In this document: one piece after another, positions 60,467 through 64,000 of the stretch
Layout: each line of letters begins with the position of its first letter
Position numbering within the stretch: the first letter of the stretch is position 1
DNA from: Candidatus Thorarchaeota archaeon
GTDB lineage: Archaea > Asgardarchaeota > Thorarchaeia > Thorarchaeales > Thorarchaeaceae
Direction: 5' to 3'
Length of the DNA stretch: 64,000 nt
NCBI GenBank assembly: GCA_046482545.1
Contig: JAWOEX010000009.1
Location: 1 to 64,000 of the forward strand
Made by a program: the position numbers and the translations under genes
Notes under the pieces: generated by a model
The model's database searches: none
Seen by the model: the letters and a program-made list of their open reading frames with translations, nothing else
What the model was told of the DNA's origin: nothing

Positions 60467-60645
60467 AAGTTCTACTCTCTAACCTGTTTTGATTTCAGTT
60501 GAGTTCACTTCCTCTTCTGTTTTGGAGGGAGTTATCTAACTCATATACTTCGACACACGAATTCTAAGACACTCCAATCGCCTGTTTAGGTATCTTTCCA
60601 CTACTCTTATAATGCGAATTGATGGAACCATGCCTTGCAATCACT

Positions 60646-60755
60646 GGGTCGGTGGTCTAGCTATTCCGTTAGAATCAGTCTAACGGAACTAGTGTGGCGA
60701 AGATTCTCGGTTTGGGTCCGAGTGATCAGGCGTTCAAATCGCCTCCGGCCCACCA
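60646..60755 (+). tRNA. tRNA-Pro(TGG) with 32-nt D-loop intron (60663-60694)
   Basis: Central helix CUAG/CUAG, 10-bp intron stem, encoded CCA. Confidence 0.9.
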
Positions 60756-60864
60756 CATACCCCTCACTTTTTGCTACCGAATACTGTCTATTCCATGATT
60801 TAACAACACAATCTTCGACTATTGACGAATACCTTTATCAAACATCAAGGGGCAACCCTAACAA

Positions 60865-61590
60865 ATGTCCATGCAGTCCTCAGCAAGAGAAAGGCTAGCC
60901 CGCAGGATGGCTGGCGAAATCGCTTTATCCGACAATCCTGGGAAGACTATGCGCATGTGGCGTGAGAGATTCAGACTTGCGCAAGTTGACATAGCCGACT
61001 ACCTTGATATCAGTCCAAGTGTGATAAGTGACTATGAATCAGGGCGAAGAGAGTCTCCTGGGAGTGCAACAATCAGGCGCTTCGTAATGGCCCTCATTAC
61101 GCTAGACGAACAGAACGGCGGTCAAGTTGTCTCTGCCTTTCTTCGATTGATGGATGTTGATTTGGTCAATTTGAATATTGTATTAGCAATGTCTGATTTG
61201 CATACTCCGCTAACTGCTGAGCAGATTTGCAAGAAACTGAAATGCGATGTGCTGACGGGTGAGAATCTCCTGCAACGTGAAATCTATGGCTATTCAGTAG
61301 TTGACGCTGAGAGAGCAGTAAAGGAACTGAACAGTGAAGCTTTTTTGAAAATTTTCGGGGCCGCAACTGAGCGATGCCTTGTCTTCACCAAGGTTAGTAC
61401 CGGAAGAGCTCCCATGGTGGCAATCAAATCTCAGGAGTTCAAGCCAACATTTGTTATTCTGCATGGAACCCCCGAAGTGGACCGCCTTACCATCGAATTG
61501 GCAGAGAGAATGAATATTCCCTTGGCTACGAGCGGAATCAACTCGATTGATGAGTTGATAAAGGAGCTTCAGGATCTTCAGCGTGAATGA
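60865..61590 (+). CDS. XRE-family HTH regulator (COG1709-like)
   Basis: AGEI..SDNPG..WRE.F, ISDYESGRR.SPG, VSTGRAPMVAI. Confidence 0.88.
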   Translation: MSMQSSARERLARRMAGEIALSDNPGKTMRMWRERFRLAQVDIADYLDISPSVISDYESGRRESPGSATIRRFVMALITLDEQNGGQVVSAFLRLMDVDLVNLNIVLAMSDLHTPLTAEQICKKLKCDVLTGENLLQREIYGYSVVDAERAVKELNSEAFLKIFGAATERCLVFTKVSTGRAPMVAIKSQEFKPTFVILHGTPEVDRLTIELAERMNIPLATSGINSIDELIKELQDLQRE

Positions 61591-62501
61591 CTCAGGATGA
61601 GTTCAAGTAGCGCCATCCGAGTCACCACACCACTGTAGACTTGGTCGAAATAACGGGCTTGCGGTGCGGAATCGACTTCTGAATCAATCTCATCCACTCT
61701 GGGCAATGGATGGAGGATAATGGCGTCATCCTTCATCATACTGACTTCATCCATAGTTATTCTGAATTTGCCTTTCACCTTGTCGTACTCGCGGATGTCA
61801 GGAAACCGTTCTTTCTGAATACGGGTCATGTAGCAAACATCAACATCCTTTACTGCGTCTTCAATATTCTCTACCTGTTTAACTTCAATTCCTGCTTTGT
61901 CCAATTCTCTAATAACTATCGGTTTCATTTTCAGTGTGGGTGGTGCGGCTAGGGTGATTTGGACATTGTAGTATGATAGGGCTATGCCAAGAGAATGAAC
62001 AGTTCTTCCATACTTCAAGTCTCCACAAAGAGAAATAGAGCAACCATCTATGCTGCCTTTCATCTTCTTTATCGAATACAAATCCAGAAGGGCTTGCGTT
62101 GGATGTTCTTCCGAGCCGCTACCCGCATTGACGATGGGTATACTTGAGAACTCTGCTGCTAGTCGAGCGGAGCCGTCTAATGGATGACGAATGGCTATCA
62201 AATCAGCATACTGTTCTACCGTTCGTATAGTATCTGCAAGATTCTCCCCCTTTCCCCCTGCACTTGTAACACCAATATCTGCAAAGCCGAGTATACTGCC
62301 ACCAAGCCGCAACATAGCGCTCTCAAAGGAAAGACGTGTTCGTGTGGAGGGTTCGAAGAAGAGGCACGCCATTATTTTCTTCTCCAGCCTCTTGCTGCGT
62401 TCGATGGCTTCGTCCTCCATCTCTGCTGCCCTGTTTAGTATCATATCGATATCTTCGCGTGACAGGTCATGAATGGATATCAAATCATACAAGTTTGACA
62501 T
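61578..62501 (-). CDS. pyrB: Aspartate carbamoyltransferase
   Basis: FFEPSTRTRLSFE, HPTQ, RIQKER, HPLPR. Confidence 0.97.
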   Translation of the reverse strand: MSNLYDLISIHDLSREDIDMILNRAAEMEDEAIERSKRLEKKIMACLFFEPSTRTRLSFESAMLRLGGSILGFADIGVTSAGGKGENLADTIRTVEQYADLIAIRHPLDGSARLAAEFSSIPIVNAGSGSEEHPTQALLDLYSIKKMKGSIDGCSISLCGDLKYGRTVHSLGIALSYYNVQITLAAPPTLKMKPIVIRELDKAGIEVKQVENIEDAVKDVDVCYMTRIQKERFPDIREYDKVKGKFRITMDEVSMMKDDAIILHPLPRVDEIDSEVDSAPQARYFDQVYSGVVTRMALLELILSHSR

Positions 62502-62572
62502 AATTTTGGCTCCTTGATTGGATTATCATACAACATGCTGTAGGCGGTCTTTAATCTTTCCGGATATCCGGC

Positions 62573-63064
62573 CTACTTCCGGTTTCTTGCAATCCGTCCG
62601 TATTTCCTCTCTATTCCTACTCTACGAATTTTCAAATTTGCCTCTTCAATTAGTTGTGCAGCAAGCTCATCCTCATAGGGCTCTATGTAGATAATCTCAG
62701 TTATTCCTGCGTTGATAAGCATCTTAGTGCAGATACTGCATGGTTTTGTTGTGACGTATAGCTTTGCCCCCTTCACCGAGACACCATGGTATGCAGCCTG
62801 TATAATGGCGTTTTGTTCGGCATGCAGCCCTCTGCAGAGCTCGTGCCTTTCTCCCGGTGGCACATTCAGTTCATCTCTGATACATCCTACTTCCTCACAA
62901 TGAGGTAACCCTTTTGGTGCTCCATTGTAGCCCGTGCTAAGAATCTGTGATTCTTTAACAAGAACTGCGCCAACTTTGTTCCTGAGACAGGTACTACGTG
63001 AGGACACAAGATCAGCAATCTCGCAGAAGTAGGTATCTTTGCTCTTTCGTTTCGCCAACAACAA
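62573..63064 (-). CDS. dCMP deaminase family protein
   Basis: STC..VGAV, TGYNG, HAEQNA, PCSIC. Confidence 0.92.
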   Translation of the reverse strand: MLLAKRKSKDTYFCEIADLVSSRSTCLRNKVGAVLVKESQILSTGYNGAPKGLPHCEEVGCIRDELNVPPGERHELCRGLHAEQNAIIQAAYHGVSVKGAKLYVTTKPCSICTKMLINAGITEIIYIEPYEDELAAQLIEEANLKIRRVGIERKYGRIARNRK

Positions 63065-63211
63065 ACTTACTCCTTCAACTTGATGTTCCTTGAAACCTTT
63101 CATCTCTCTTAAGGCCCTTGCTGTTGAAACGAAGGTTAAAAAAGCAAACAAGGGCCAACTTCGCCCTAGGACCCGTGTAGCACTGGTCGATCCACAGGAG
63201 ACGACATACTC

Positions 63212-63553
63212 ATGAAAGAGCGTGATGGTTTAATCATCTGGCCCGAATACATAGATGCCAAGCTCACGCGGGCTGAAGGCCGAAGAGTCCCCACCAATCT
63301 CTGTGTTAAGGACGTAAACGCCCGTCTTCTTCGTTTGGCGGCCAAAGTTATAGGCCATGAGGCAAAGGTGGTTGAAGACAAAAGATATCCTCGACACCCC
63401 TCAGAAGATCGAGGTGGGTATGTTATTCTGAAAAATCCGCAAGGCCACAGCAAAAAGCGTCTTCTGATGATGCTTGCAAAGGGTGCGCGCAAGGTTGTTG
63501 CTAAGAAAAAGAAACTCGAAGAAGCCAAGCGGAAGCGAAAGTCACGTAGATGA
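63212..63553 (+). CDS. srp19: Signal recognition particle protein SRP19
   Basis: [22 protein letters not shown]. Confidence 0.93.
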   Translation: MKERDGLIIWPEYIDAKLTRAEGRRVPTNLCVKDVNARLLRLAAKVIGHEAKVVEDKRYPRHPSEDRGGYVILKNPQGHSKKRLLMMLAKGARKVVAKKKKLEEAKRKRKSRR

Positions 63554-63578
63554 TACAATTACCTGAGAGAGAAATGAT

Positions 63579-63809
63579 TTGAGACGCTTAGGAAGAGTAA
63601 TTCACATTTCGAAGACAGAATCAATTATTCTCAGAACCAAAAAGATTCCTGCAATCGGGGCATCTGTTGTGGATAAGAGTCTAGACCGCATTGGCACCGT
63701 AACGGATGTGTTCGGTCCAGTGAAATATCCTTATGTAGCAGTCTCCCCCGCTGGAAAGGTAGACAAGAAGCGTCTCCCAAACACGGTTTTATACCTCTAC
63801 GAAGAATAA
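63579..63809 (+). CDS. gar1: H/ACA RNP component Gar1
   Basis: LG.V.H, IG.V.DVFGPV..PY. Confidence 0.9.
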   Translation: MRRLGRVIHISKTESIILRTKKIPAIGASVVDKSLDRIGTVTDVFGPVKYPYVAVSPAGKVDKKRLPNTVLYLYEE

Positions 63810-64000
63810 TGGTTACGTCAGCACATTCATGTATACAAATGTGCACAGGAAGACAAATTTGAAGAGCAGCTTCCGAATAATTATTAATCCTCAAAACTAT
63901 ACTAGTCAGCTAGTTGTCATACGTATTGCCGAAAGGTCATGAAGAATGGAACATATGGCCGACCAAATTGTGGCCGCCATAAAAGCGGCAGGTGACAGAG

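Noticed and set aside
63955-64000. ORF start after gar1 (TFB often follows)
   Set aside because: Only about 15 codons visible; cannot be identified
1-64000. CRISPR array, transposase or integrase
   Set aside because: No regularly spaced repeats or recombinase/transposase motifs seen

Overview
Archaeal chromosomal window, most likely Asgard (Thorarchaeia-like). This is inferred from eS30, SmAP3, Gar1, SRP19 and DUF1512 occurring together with FtsZ, MvhD and an Mch-like gene. It is mostly housekeeping: translation, RNA processing (Pop5, Rpp30, fibrillarin, Nop5, archease, Elp3, pelota, DnaG), pyrimidine synthesis, cdrS-ftsZ, a NifX/ATPase metal cluster operon and a GH31 glucosidase. The ORF track misses rps27ae, rps30e, a stand-alone 5S rRNA and five tRNAs that all carry BHB introns (seven introns, four at non-canonical D/T-loop positions, most capped by a shared AUUUC-type pentaloop). 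The most striking unexplained signal is two large, highly structured, apparently non-coding RNAs flanking dnaG: about 560 nt at 28604-29162 (k-turn, GNRA loops, partial RNase P-like motifs) and about 290 nt at 30951-31238 (three stem-loop domains, no family recognised). The first 2.9 kb is a small toxin-antitoxin array interleaved with decayed copies of the mvhD 3' end. All RNA structures were derived by eye, not computed.
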